DNA from: Candidatus Colwellbacteria bacterium
GTDB lineage: Bacteria; Patescibacteriota; Minisyncoccia; UBA6257; Colwellbacteraceae
Reading direction: 5' to 3'
DNA length: 64,000 bases
Assembly (NCBI GenBank): GCA_016176525.1
Contig: JACOWZ010000003.1
Span: forward strand, 192,001 to 256,000
Part shown: piece after piece, positions 48,111 through 57,797 of the stretch
Layout: each line of letters opens with the position of its first letter
How positions within the stretch are numbered: position 1 is the stretch's first letter
The notes under the pieces: model-generated
What the model saw: the letters and a program-made list of their open reading frames with translations, nothing else
The model's database searches: none
Told to the model about the DNA's origin: nothing
Program-made: the position numbers and the translations under genes

Positions 48111-49634
48111 CTATTCTTTTACTTTTAGTTGATAGGCCTCGGCTAAATGGTTGTGGTCAATTTTTTCTTGATTTTCTAAGTCTGCTATAGTGCGGGCGGT
48201 TTTTAATATTCTATAGTATCCTCGCGCAGATATTAATGATTTTTCTAAAATTGTTTTTACAAATTCTTCTGCTTCGGCAGTAAGTTCAATTAATTTGTCG
48301 CATTCTTTTGAGCTCATTTCGGAGTTTGTAACAACATCCAAACCAGCAGTCTTAAATCTTTTTGCCTGGATTTCTCTTGCGCGGCGAACTTTTAGTTTTA
48401 ATTCTTCGGATTCTTTGGATTTTTGCGAGGGCTTTTTAAGATGCTCAATTTTTACACGTGGCACCGTTATTTGTATGTCAATTCTGTCTAATAGGGGTCC
48501 TGATATTTTCTTTTGATATTTAAATATTTGGAAAGCAGAGCACTCGCACGTTTTTTCCGGGTCTTCGTGGAATCCGCACGGACATGGGTTCATTGCTGCA
48601 GCGAGTATAAATCTGGCGGGGAAGTTTAAGTGCCCCTTTGCGCGCGAAACCACAACTTCGCCGGCCTCAAGCGGCTGGCGCAGGCCTTCTAGAATGTCGC
48701 GGCGAAATTCCGGCAATTCGTCTAAAAATAGAACCCCGCGGTGCGCAAGGCTTATCTCGCCGGGTTTTGGAGTTTGCCCGCCTCCTATAATGGATGCAGG
48801 GGAAGCAGTGTGGTGCGGCGCCCTAAAAGGTCGCTGGGTTATAAATTTGTCTTTTAACATCCCCGTCGCGCTCCATATTTGCGAAGCTTCTAACGCCTCT
48901 TGCAATGTAAGTGGCGGCAATATTGAGTTTAGCGCCTGTGCAAGCATTGTTTTGCCGGAGCCCGGCGGACCGCTCATCAATATGTTATGCCCGCCTGCGG
49001 CGGCAATTGCAAGCGCGCGCTTTGCATATTCGTTGCCTTTTATTTCTGATATGTCTACCGTATATTCTGCGCTTGGTTTAAATTTGGTTTTGGATTTCGC
49101 TCTAATTTTATTTATTTCTTCAAAGTGGTTTAAAAGTTCTTCTAAATTCTCTACAGGGATAATTTCTAAGCCGCCGACCAAGCTTGCTTCTTTGGTGTTT
49201 TCGCGCGGCATATATAAAGTTTTAAATTTTTTTGACTTTGCAAGGAGCGCAAAATTAAGCGCTCCGGCAACAGGCCGGAGTGCGCCATTTAACGCGAGTT
49301 CGCCTATAAAAAGTTTGCCCTCGGTTTGGATTTTATTTATTTGCTCTGTCGCAAGCAAATAGGCGATTGCAATACCAAGGTCGTATTGCGAGCCGGTTTT
49401 CTTAATATCAGCGGGCGCAAGGTTTACTGTTATCTTTCTATTTTCTTTATTTGGAGGCTTTACGCCGCTGTTTTTTAACGCAGAGTTTACACGTTCTTTT
49501 GCTTCTTGTGTGGCTTTGTCTGCTAATCCTACTATATTAAAACTGTGGAGACCTACGTTTACGTCAACTTCAATTTCTATGGGCCGTGCATGTATGCCCT
49601 CCAGTTCGGCACAGTAAGTTTTGGCGAACGACAT
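48111..49634 (-). CDS. comM: ComM/YifB Mg-chelatase-like AAA+ helicase
   Basis: VNLAPAD, GPPGSGKT, PFRAPHHT, LAHRGVLFLDE, MNPCPCG, SGPLLDRID. Confidence 0.95.
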   Translation of the reverse strand: MSFAKTYCAELEGIHARPIEIEVDVNVGLHSFNIVGLADKATQEAKERVNSALKNSGVKPPNKENRKITVNLAPADIKKTGSQYDLGIAIAYLLATEQINKIQTEGKLFIGELALNGALRPVAGALNFALLAKSKKFKTLYMPRENTKEASLVGGLEIIPVENLEELLNHFEEINKIRAKSKTKFKPSAEYTVDISEIKGNEYAKRALAIAAAGGHNILMSGPPGSGKTMLAQALNSILPPLTLQEALEASQIWSATGMLKDKFITQRPFRAPHHTASPASIIGGGQTPKPGEISLAHRGVLFLDELPEFRRDILEGLRQPLEAGEVVVSRAKGHLNFPARFILAAAMNPCPCGFHEDPEKTCECSAFQIFKYQKKISGPLLDRIDIQITVPRVKIEHLKKPSQKSKESEELKLKVRRAREIQAKRFKTAGLDVVTNSEMSSKECDKLIELTAEAEEFVKTILEKSLISARGYYRILKTARTIADLENQEKIDHNHLAEAYQLKVKE

Positions 49635-49973
49635 TTATACGTTTTGTTTACAATTCCTGCAAAGGCGGGATTCTGGTGCGGCTTGGAGCACCTCTTTCTC
49701 TATGTGGTTCCCGCAGTTTTCGCATATGCCATATTTGCCTTCTCTGATTTTTAAGAGCGCCCGTTCGTCGTCTGCGCGCCGCTTTTTTAGTTCGTCTGCG
49801 GCTGCACCGCGGTTTTCTAGCTCCTCGTCTTCGTCGGCTTCTTCTTCGTTTTTATCGCCAATATCGTCGCCGAAATCAGTTGGAGTTTCCAGCTCTTTAA
49901 TTTCTTTATTTAGTCTTTTTATATCTTTTGTAAGCTGGGCTCCAAACTTTTTTATATCTTCTTTTGTTAGCAT
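49635..49973 (-). CDS. DksA/TraR C4 zinc-finger protein
   Basis: Coiled coil with acidic tip; ALLKIREGKYGICENCG...CRNC. Confidence 0.88.
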   Translation of the reverse strand: MLTKEDIKKFGAQLTKDIKRLNKEIKELETPTDFGDDIGDKNEEEADEDEELENRGAAADELKKRRADDERALLKIREGKYGICENCGNHIEKEVLQAAPESRLCRNCKQNV

Positions 49974-49977
49974 GGTT

Positions 49978-50613
49978 CTATTTTACTAGGGCTTCTATCT
50001 TTTTCAAATCCACAGAGTTTTCTATAAGTAGAGTTTGTATACCGAGCTGGGCCGGGATTACTAAATCTTTTTCGGCGTTGTCGCCCACTGCCAATATTTC
50101 TGATGGTGAAAAAACAGTCAGAATCTCTGTGTAATATTTTTCTGAAGGTTTCATTGTTCCCACGTCAGTTGAGGTAATAACACCGTCAAAATAATCTAAA
50201 ATACCCAGATTTTTGAGTTTACTTAGCGCTTTTTCGCGGTCTTCGTCTTCGGTAATTACGAATAGTTTTATTTTTTTATTTTTTAGTTTTGAGAGTATTT
50301 CTTTAACACCAGGCAGAAGTTCAATTTTTTTAAGCACTATCTCCATCATTTTTGCATACATTTTGTTTACAGTATTTGCGGCTCCAAACTTGTCTGCGAG
50401 TTTGCCGTAAGAATACATGCGATTGCGCATTTTCGGGTCTTTAGAATCTTTTATTTTTGCAACAGTTTTTTGCCACTCGTTGTAGAGTATATCCCTCGGT
50501 TGGTTTATTTCGCGGGCGAGCACATCTATTGCCGCGCTGTCGGCAAACTTTGCCGCCTCGCGGGTGGAATACAGTGTGTTGTCTGCATCAAACGCAACGC
50601 ATTTAATTTTCAT
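49978..50613 (-). CDS. HAD-superfamily hydrolase
   Basis: FDADNTL, KP, VGDNAEKD. Confidence 0.9.
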   Translation of the reverse strand: MKIKCVAFDADNTLYSTREAAKFADSAAIDVLAREINQPRDILYNEWQKTVAKIKDSKDPKMRNRMYSYGKLADKFGAANTVNKMYAKMMEIVLKKIELLPGVKEILSKLKNKKIKLFVITEDEDREKALSKLKNLGILDYFDGVITSTDVGTMKPSEKYYTEILTVFSPSEILAVGDNAEKDLVIPAQLGIQTLLIENSVDLKKIEALVK

Positions 50614-51557
50614 TTAGTAATTTCTTTTATAGTTTTTTGCATTTCTTCAACTTTTGTTGAATCTGTAACAATTATTTTGTGGGCAAGTCTTTCTAGATTT
50701 TCTGAATCAATTTTTACCGGATAATATTCTTTCATATTCTTACTCTTTAGATATTCTTTACCTAAATTTTCGTCGGCTGCAATTAGATAGTCCAATTTAT
50801 TTCGGCCGGTGTATTTTAGAATTTCTTTAACATGGTCGCTTGCGGTGAATTTATATGTTTCGCCGGGCTTGGCGAGCAGGTTGCAGGTGTAGATCATTTT
50901 TGCTTTTGAACTTTGTATCGCTTCTTTTATTCCTTTAGGTAAAAAACATGGTAAGACGCTTGAATACAGGTCGCCCGGGCCGATTATTATATAGTCTGCT
51001 GCGCCTATTGCATCAATAAGCTTGGGGTATCCATTGGCAGTAGGTGTTAGCCAGATTTTTACGATTTTTAGCTTTATATCTCTATTTGGGCGTGCAACAT
51101 CTATTGGGTCTTCACCCTCAATTACATCACCGTTTTCAAGCTCTGCAAAAAGTTCAACTTTTTGCTCTGTGGCCGGAAAGCACTGCGCTTTTACCTTTAA
51201 AAAATCGTGCAGTATCGCGAGTGTTTTCTCGTAGTCGCCGGTTATTTTCTCCAAACCTGCTATAAAGACGTTCGCAAAATTGTGGCCTTTGTGGCCATCT
51301 TCAAAAACTAGGTCATTTGCAAACCTAAATTTCCAAAGTTCTTTTTTCCAGTCTTCTGCATCAGACAGTGCAAGAAGATGCCGTCTAATATCACCCATTG
51401 CGTGGACACCGAACTCTTTTCTTAACGCTCCGGTTGACCCGCCATTGTCTGTCATTGAAGTTGCGGTTGTAATATCCAAGTTTAGTTTTTTTAGAGCCGG
51501 CAAAACCAGGCTTGGCAGTGCCGACCCGCCGCCGAATGCGACAACTTTTTTACTCAT
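50610..51557 (-). CDS. YvcK/GlmR (UPF0052, CofD-like) protein
   Basis: VAFGGGS, DNGGSTGALR, GDIR, GHNFAN, IGPGDLYSS. Confidence 0.9.
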   Translation of the reverse strand: MSKKVVAFGGGSALPSLVLPALKKLNLDITTATSMTDNGGSTGALRKEFGVHAMGDIRRHLLALSDAEDWKKELWKFRFANDLVFEDGHKGHNFANVFIAGLEKITGDYEKTLAILHDFLKVKAQCFPATEQKVELFAELENGDVIEGEDPIDVARPNRDIKLKIVKIWLTPTANGYPKLIDAIGAADYIIIGPGDLYSSVLPCFLPKGIKEAIQSSKAKMIYTCNLLAKPGETYKFTASDHVKEILKYTGRNKLDYLIAADENLGKEYLKSKNMKEYYPVKIDSENLERLAHKIIVTDSTKVEEMQKTIKEITK

Positions 51558-52825
51558 TTGGCATAATTTATATTTTCTCTCTTTTCGTAGACTATACTCC
51601 CCGATGGAACATTGCCCTTAACTTCCGTGCCAGAGCCGATAATGCAGTTTGCGCCTATTATTGTCCCGGGCATTGTTGCAACATTAACTCCTGCTTTTGT
51701 ATTTTCGCCGATTATACAACCCAAAGACTTTTTGCCGGAATCAACTTGTTCGCCTTTAACTATAAATTTTATATTTGCGCGGTCTAGCCTGCGGTTTGCG
51801 GATATAAAGTTTGCACCCAATCTGCAGTTTTGCCCGATTACGCTATCTCCTATAAAGCCAGAATGAATATGTGTCCCTTCGAGTATTACACTGCGGGTCA
51901 CTTCTGTGTTCATTCCAATAATACAGCCGTCTTCTATTATTGAGTTTTCTCTTATAAGGGCGTTATTTCCTATGCGGCAGTTTTTACCAATATATACGGG
52001 GCCCTTTATAACAGCATTTTCAAATATTCGTGAACCTTCGCTTATTTCTACCGCTCCTTCTATTACTGCGCTTTTTGCGATTTTTACGCCTTTTGCTATT
52101 TTTTTGCGCTTAATACGGCTTGTTAGTTCCCTTGCTTTATTTAACAGATCAAAAGCATATTTTGTTGAGCTTGGGGCCTCGTCTATAAAGGCCGCCCGCG
52201 AGTTATTTTCTTTTGAATATAAACTTATAGCGTCTTCAAACGCATATTGGTGCTCATTGATGCGTTTGTAGTAGTCTAAAAAGTTTTGCGGCAGATAGTA
52301 AATACCCACAACTCTTTGGTTTGATGGTGCGCCCACGCCCGGTTTTTCATGTATTGCGATTATTTTATCTTGTATATTTGGATCAAATTCTGCAATTCCA
52401 TATTTATAGGTGTCTTTAGTCGGAGAGCATAAAAGAGCCAGCTCTGCTCCGGTTTTCTCTGATTTTTCAATAAGATGCTTAATATAATCGCTTGCGTCGT
52501 GGCGGTCGGCGTTAAAAACTATAAAATTCGAATCTATATGATTCGCAGCGTGTAGTAGGGCATTGCCCATTCCTTTGGGTTCGGGTTGCAAAACAAAAAT
52601 TACATTATCTAAACCATTTAGGGCATCGCGAAATTTTTCTTCTTGCCCCGGACCGTGCACTATAATTACTTTATTTGCTCCGCTATTTAATGCAGACTCA
52701 ATACTGTGTCGGATAAGTTCTTTCCCTAGCAGTTTTGTAAGAGACTTATGCCTATTTTCTGCAAGCGGCGCGAATCTTGAACTCTCACCGGCAGATAGAA
52801 CTATGACAGTAAATTTCTTGGACAT
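51554..52825 (-). CDS. Bifunctional sugar-phosphate nucleotidyltransferase/acetyltransferase (GlmU-like)
   Basis: LSAGESSRFAPL, QPEPKGMGNAL, EKP, C-terminal hexapeptide repeats. Confidence 0.88.
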   Translation of the reverse strand: MSKKFTVIVLSAGESSRFAPLAENRHKSLTKLLGKELIRHSIESALNSGANKVIIVHGPGQEEKFRDALNGLDNVIFVLQPEPKGMGNALLHAANHIDSNFIVFNADRHDASDYIKHLIEKSEKTGAELALLCSPTKDTYKYGIAEFDPNIQDKIIAIHEKPGVGAPSNQRVVGIYYLPQNFLDYYKRINEHQYAFEDAISLYSKENNSRAAFIDEAPSSTKYAFDLLNKARELTSRIKRKKIAKGVKIAKSAVIEGAVEISEGSRIFENAVIKGPVYIGKNCRIGNNALIRENSIIEDGCIIGMNTEVTRSVILEGTHIHSGFIGDSVIGQNCRLGANFISANRRLDRANIKFIVKGEQVDSGKKSLGCIIGENTKAGVNVATMPGTIIGANCIIGSGTEVKGNVPSGSIVYEKRENINYAK

Positions 52826-52896
52826 TTGAGTAAAATAGAACCATTATTTGAGACCAAAATCAAGCAATTAAGTAATTTTTAGAGTATAATTGAATT

Positions 52897-53472
52897 ATGT
52901 TAAGGACTCTTAAAGGCACGCTCACGGCCAAACATGATGTGTATATTGTTGTAGATGTCCATGGTGTAGGTCTTAGAGTAAATGTGCCACAGACTGTTTT
53001 CTCGGTGCTCCCTAAAGATGGCGCCGAAGTACAGCTGTATACCCATATGCATGTGCGCGAGGATGCAATTAATTTGTACGGCTTTTTATCCGAGCGTGAG
53101 CTTAACTTTTTTGAAATACTCTTAACGGTTTCTGGCGTAGGCCCTAAGATTGCAATCGCTGTAATGTCTGTGGCCCCGATTGGAAAACTCTCTGCTGCTA
53201 TTGCCTCCGGCGATGCTGCGATTCTCCAAAAATCTTTCGGCATCGGCAAAAAGACAGCGGAGCGCATTGTTATGGAACTTAAAGAAAAATTGGATGTGGG
53301 TGATGGAGGAATTCTTGTGCGTGCCATGGAGGTCGACCACGATGTTTTGGAGGCTTTAGTTTCTTTGGGCTACACACGCGCGCAGGCAAAGAGTGCGCTT
53401 TCTAAGGTTGACGCCAAAATCACTATCGCTGAAGAACGGCTTAGGCAAGCTCTTAAGATAATCAAATCATAG
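52897..53472 (+). CDS. ruvA: Holliday junction DNA-binding protein RuvA
   Basis: HVREDAINLYGF, VSGVGPK, GIGKKTAERI, ALVSLGY. Confidence 0.96.
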   Translation: MLRTLKGTLTAKHDVYIVVDVHGVGLRVNVPQTVFSVLPKDGAEVQLYTHMHVREDAINLYGFLSERELNFFEILLTVSGVGPKIAIAVMSVAPIGKLSAAIASGDAAILQKSFGIGKKTAERIVMELKEKLDVGDGGILVRAMEVDHDVLEALVSLGYTRAQAKSALSKVDAKITIAEERLRQALKIIKS

Positions 53473-53543
53473 ATACAAATTCTTGACTAAATCTAGTTTT
53501 TAATCCTTAATTGACTTAAGGTTTCTTTAACAACCAAACAAGG

Positions 53544-53924
53544 ATGTGTAAAACTTTGGGGACTAGAACAGATCGCCATGGAATAGAATATTTTGTGCCA
53601 GATGGTTGGTCGTTCAGAACGGATCATAATGGTTATGGTGTGGTAGTTCCCCCCGGCGGTGGCATGAGAACAGATAGAAATGGGAATGGTCATGCTGTTG
53701 GTGGGGATGAGACATTCAGAACAGACCATAATGGAAATGGTGTAGTTGTACCCACGGGCGGCCAAATGAGAACGGATCGTCATGGGGAAGGACACGCTGT
53801 TCCAGAGGGTTGGAGCTTTAAGACGGATCCCGATGGCCACGGCCACACTGTTCCTCCAGGTGGACGGCTTAAGTACGAAAGTTTACCGTCCGGCGGCGGA
53901 TTTTATTACGTTGATTACGGCTAG
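53544..53924 (+). CDS. Small protein with six 17 aa Gly/Asp/His-rich repeats
   Basis: Unit approximately [FM]RTDxxGxGxxVPxGxx; protein repeat conserved while codons vary. Confidence 0.8.
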   Translation: MCKTLGTRTDRHGIEYFVPDGWSFRTDHNGYGVVVPPGGGMRTDRNGNGHAVGGDETFRTDHNGNGVVVPTGGQMRTDRHGEGHAVPEGWSFKTDPDGHGHTVPPGGRLKYESLPSGGGFYYVDYG

Positions 53925-53972
53925 ATGAGTATCTAGCCTTTTTTTGTTTGTTGTTATAATAGTGTATAAGCT

Positions 53973-55172
53973 ATGCTGAATCTTATAAAGAGTGTTTACC
54001 ATCGTTTTTTATCTTTTATTGGCCCCATTTTATACGGTTTCCCGTCGCGAAAACTTTTTGTAATTGGTGTAACTGGCACGAAGGGCAAGACGACTACTAT
54101 TGAGCTTATCAATGCCGGGTTGGAGGCCGCGGGGCACAAAACCGCAATAAGCTCTTCTTATAGGAGAAAAATTGGCGATAAATCTGATTATAAAGGCGGT
54201 AACACAATGCCCGGCAGATTTTTTTTGCAGAAGTTTTTACGTAACGCGGCAAAAGAAGGGTGCAAATATGCAATTATTGAAGTTACATCCGAAGGTGTAG
54301 CCCAATATAGGCACCGTGGAATTGATTTTGACGCAGCCGTGTTTCTAAACTTACATCCGGAACATATTGAGTCGCATGGAAGTTTTGAAAAATATCGGGC
54401 TGCAAAGGTTAGATTTTTTGAGGACGTTAGAAAATATTCGCATAAAGACAACAAGAATTTTTTTATCAACCGCGAGGATGCGAACTCAAAATATTTTGAG
54501 GAAGCAGCAAAAGGGGAAAACATTATTTTGTATGGCAAAAGCGATCTAAAAAAACAAATGGCCGGTGAATTTAATAAGCTGAATATTGGCGCGGCAGAAG
54601 CAGTGTTAAAAGCAGTTGGTGTTTCGCGCGAAACAATTGAAAAAACTTTTCTAGCTTTTAATGGTGTGCCAGGCAGGATGGAATATGTACAACGCGAACC
54701 TTTCGCGGTAGTTGTTGATTACGCACACACACCCGATAGTTTAGAGGCAGTGTACAAAACCCTAACGAGCGGTGTTATGATTGATCATAACACCGAGAAC
54801 AAGAGAGATTTGGTTTGTGTTCTTGGTTCTGCAGGCGGCGGCAGGGATAAATGGAAGCGGCCCAAAATGGGTGAGATTGCCGCAAAATATTGCAGAGAAA
54901 TTATTTTGACCAACGAAGATCCCTACGATGAGGACCCTAACCAGATTTTATCGGAGATAAAATCTGGAATTTCAAATTTCAAATTTCAAATTTCAAATTT
55001 GTACGAAATTCTTGATAGAAAGGAGGCGATTAAAAAAGCGATATCACTCGCAAAGCTGGGAGATGCGGTTGTAATTACAGGAAAGGGCAGTGAGCCGTAT
55101 ATTCACGTTAAAGGTGGCAAAACTCTTCCGTGGTCAGACAAAAAAGCAGTGGAGAAAGCTCTGTCGAGTTGA
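53973..55172 (+). CDS. murE: MurE-like Mur ligase
   Basis: GVTGTKGKTTT, EVTSEG, NLHPEHIESH, VPGRME, VDYAHTPD, GGGRD, ITGKG. Confidence 0.88.
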   Translation: MLNLIKSVYHRFLSFIGPILYGFPSRKLFVIGVTGTKGKTTTIELINAGLEAAGHKTAISSSYRRKIGDKSDYKGGNTMPGRFFLQKFLRNAAKEGCKYAIIEVTSEGVAQYRHRGIDFDAAVFLNLHPEHIESHGSFEKYRAAKVRFFEDVRKYSHKDNKNFFINREDANSKYFEEAAKGENIILYGKSDLKKQMAGEFNKLNIGAAEAVLKAVGVSRETIEKTFLAFNGVPGRMEYVQREPFAVVVDYAHTPDSLEAVYKTLTSGVMIDHNTENKRDLVCVLGSAGGGRDKWKRPKMGEIAAKYCREIILTNEDPYDEDPNQILSEIKSGISNFKFQISNLYEILDRKEAIKKAISLAKLGDAVVITGKGSEPYIHVKGGKTLPWSDKKAVEKALSS

Positions 55173-55236
55173 CAAATCAGTTAGGTAGTTTTATTTTGTT
55201 TATAGTGCCAAGTTCTTTGGCAGACAAAAATAGGAA

Positions 55237-55458
55237 GTGAATGGAAGTATGGAAAAAATTAAATGGTTGCTTACTACTTGGGGCTTTTTCCTCGTAGTTG
55301 GAGGAGCTGTCCTTCTAAACGCAGTTGTGTACGGAGATGTTCTCCAGTTTCTCTGGGGCATGGCATCAGTCGGAGCTTTTATGCTCTTTTACCCTTTGGT
55401 GCACAAACTGAACAATCGCCCACAGCAATTTTTGCTCCTCGCCATTAAAAAGGAGTGA
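55237..55458 (+). CDS. Small two-TM membrane protein; start may be 55249
   Basis: Two hydrophobic helices; TTGACA upstream, hairpin plus T-run at about 55472-55500. Confidence 0.55.
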   Translation: MNGSMEKIKWLLTTWGFFLVVGGAVLLNAVVYGDVLQFLWGMASVGAFMLFYPLVHKLNNRPQQFLLLAIKKE

Positions 55459-55544
55459 GTACAACTACGCGCCGCGCTACATTAGTTCGCGGTTTTTTTC
55501 TTTGAAGAGGGCGGGATGCTTAATATTGTGGTAAAATTCAGTGA

Positions 55545-56915
55545 ATGTTAAAACTTAAGTTTTATGGAGCGGCACGCAGAACCTCTGGCTCCAATTTTTT
55601 ACTGGAGAGTTCCAATACTAAAGGCGCAATATCAATATTGGTTGACTGCGGTTTGCATCAAGGCAGTCATTTTTGCGAAAAGCATAATTTTGAGCCGTTT
55701 AAGTACGACCCGAAAGAGGTAAAAGCCATTTTTGTAAGCCACGCCCACATTGACCACACGGGGCTAATCCCAAAAATGTATGCGCACGGCTTTCGGGGAA
55801 AGGTTTTTAGTACTGGTCCAACAAAAGATTTTGCTTATGAGCTACTGCTCGATTCCGAAGATATTCTAAAACGTGAAGCCGAGCGCGAGAAAAAGCAGCC
55901 GATTTACACTAAGGCCGATGTTGACAGCGTAATGGCGCTTTGGGAATCCGTTGACTACGGCGGCACTGTGGAGGTTGATGGGTTTAAAGCAATTTTTAAG
56001 AATGCGGGGCATATTTTAGGTTCTGCTTCTATTATTATTGAAGCAGAGGGTAAAAAAATAATTTTTTCCGGTGACTTAGGTAACTCACATCCCGCGCTTA
56101 TAAATAAATACGATTTAATTGAAGAGCCGGTTGATTACTGTCTTGTTGAGTCAACCTATGGGGACCGCCTGCACGGCGATTTATCTGCGAAAGAAGGCAT
56201 ATTGGAAGATGTCGTGGAAGAAACTGTAAAGGCCGGCGGGGTGCTTATGATTCCTGCCTTTGCGATGGAGCGCACGCAAATGCTCCTTGCCCAACTTGAT
56301 GAGCTTGTTGAGAATGGCCGCATACCGCGCGTGCCAGTTTTTATAGATTCTCCGCTTGCTATAAGGTTAAGCTCAATTTACAAGTGGTATTACGACAAGT
56401 TTATTAATGAAGAAGCCAAAAAAATAATTGGTACAAGCAGGATGTTTTTTGATTTTCCGGGATTAAAAGTTACAAATACAACGAGGCAATCAATCGCGAT
56501 AAATAAAGTGCCTGCTCCAAAAATTATTATTGCAGGTTCCGGAATGTCTAACGGCGGGCGTATTTTACGCCACGAGGCTAGGTACTTGTCGGACCCGAAG
56601 AGCACAATTCTGTTTGTGGGGTACCAAGCAGAGGGCACGCTTGGCAGAAGAATTCTAGATGGCGAAAAGACTGTTAAGATCTTGCGCGAAAAAGTGTCTG
56701 TGCGGGCCCGCGTGGTTAATATTCCTGAATATTCAGCGCACGCCGACCAAAAAGACCTTTTGGAGTGGCTATACCCAATGCGCAAAAGCTTAAAGAAAGT
56801 TTTTGTTGTACAAGGCGAGCAGCATGCGAGCGAAACACTAGCAGTGCTAATAAAAGATAAACTTGCGGTGGATGCGGTTGCGCCTTCGTTAAACGAGGAA
56901 GTTATATTAGAATAA
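55545..56915 (+). CDS. Metallo-beta-lactamase/beta-CASP ribonuclease
   Basis: VDCG, SHAHIDH, AGHILGS, FSGDLG, ESTYG, GSGM, YSAHAD. Confidence 0.93.
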   Translation: MLKLKFYGAARRTSGSNFLLESSNTKGAISILVDCGLHQGSHFCEKHNFEPFKYDPKEVKAIFVSHAHIDHTGLIPKMYAHGFRGKVFSTGPTKDFAYELLLDSEDILKREAEREKKQPIYTKADVDSVMALWESVDYGGTVEVDGFKAIFKNAGHILGSASIIIEAEGKKIIFSGDLGNSHPALINKYDLIEEPVDYCLVESTYGDRLHGDLSAKEGILEDVVEETVKAGGVLMIPAFAMERTQMLLAQLDELVENGRIPRVPVFIDSPLAIRLSSIYKWYYDKFINEEAKKIIGTSRMFFDFPGLKVTNTTRQSIAINKVPAPKIIIAGSGMSNGGRILRHEARYLSDPKSTILFVGYQAEGTLGRRILDGEKTVKILREKVSVRARVVNIPEYSAHADQKDLLEWLYPMRKSLKKVFVVQGEQHASETLAVLIKDKLAVDAVAPSLNEEVILE

Positions 56916-56920
56916 AACTT

Positions 56921-57514
56921 ATGCCACCAAGCTTCTATGATGGGAAATATAAAATCTGCGTTTCTGGAGCGGCGGAGACCGTTAATTGCGGCGAAGAGGC
57001 GTTTAGCATTGCCGAGGAATTAGGCAGAGAAATAATACGCCACAATGGTATTTTAATAGATGGCGCAACAACTGGGTTTCCATACTGGTCTGCTAAGGGG
57101 GCAAAATCTATAAAAGGGGGAATAGTTGTTGGGCTTTCTCCTGCTATGAGCGAGAAAGAGCATGTAGAAATTTATAAACTGCCCGTTGATTACCACGACC
57201 TTATAGTTTACACGGGTTTTAATTATTCCGGCCGCAATTTGCTTTTAACGCGGGCCTCCGATGCCGTTATAGTCGGCTGTGGCAGAATGGGCACGCTAAA
57301 TGAATTTACAATTGCTTTTGAAGATAAAAAACCTATTGGTATATTGCGCGGCCCGTGGGAAACAGATGAGGTCTTATTGAATATGATGGAAAAATCCCAC
57401 AGAGCAGAAGAAATGAAAGATAAGATTGTAATATCTGAAAACCCAAAAGAGCTTTTAGACAAGCTTATTAAAGTTATAGACGCTCACAAAAACGAGATAA
57501 TTAGAGTACTCTAG
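56921..57514 (+). CDS. LOG/SLOG family protein
   Basis: ICVSGAA, GATTGFP, GRNLL, GRMGTLNEF. Confidence 0.82.
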   Translation: MPPSFYDGKYKICVSGAAETVNCGEEAFSIAEELGREIIRHNGILIDGATTGFPYWSAKGAKSIKGGIVVGLSPAMSEKEHVEIYKLPVDYHDLIVYTGFNYSGRNLLLTRASDAVIVGCGRMGTLNEFTIAFEDKKPIGILRGPWETDEVLLNMMEKSHRAEEMKDKIVISENPKELLDKLIKVIDAHKNEIIRVL

Positions 57515-57533
57515 AGTTTGGTATAATCTTAAT

Positions 57534-57797
57534 ATGCCTAAAGCGAGTGTGCCAAAGCCAATAGGTGTTATAAAGCATTATTATGGCGGCATTAAGGTTG
57601 CAATTATAAAGTTTAAGCGCGCGGTTAATGTTGGTGACGAGATAAATATTGTTGGAGCAACCACTAACTTTAAAACAAAAATAAAGTCTATGCAGTATGA
57701 CCACAAAGATATAAAGCGCGCTGCAAAAGGTAAAGAGGTTGGAATTAAAGTATCCAAGAGAGTAAGAGAGGGTGACGAAGTCTTTGAATCTTCTTAA
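57534..57797 (+). CDS. Small beta-barrel protein (translation elongation factor domain II-like)
   Basis: IGVIKHYY..IKVA, VGDEI, SMQ, GKEVGIKV, VREGDEVF. Confidence 0.75.
   Translation: MPKASVPKPIGVIKHYYGGIKVAIIKFKRAVNVGDEINIVGATTNFKTKIKSMQYDHKDIKRAAKGKEVGIKVSKRVREGDEVFESS

Noticed and set aside
53493-53846. 117 aa minus-strand ORF
   Set aside because: Shadow of the repeat protein; the repeat motif is far better conserved in the plus-strand frame.
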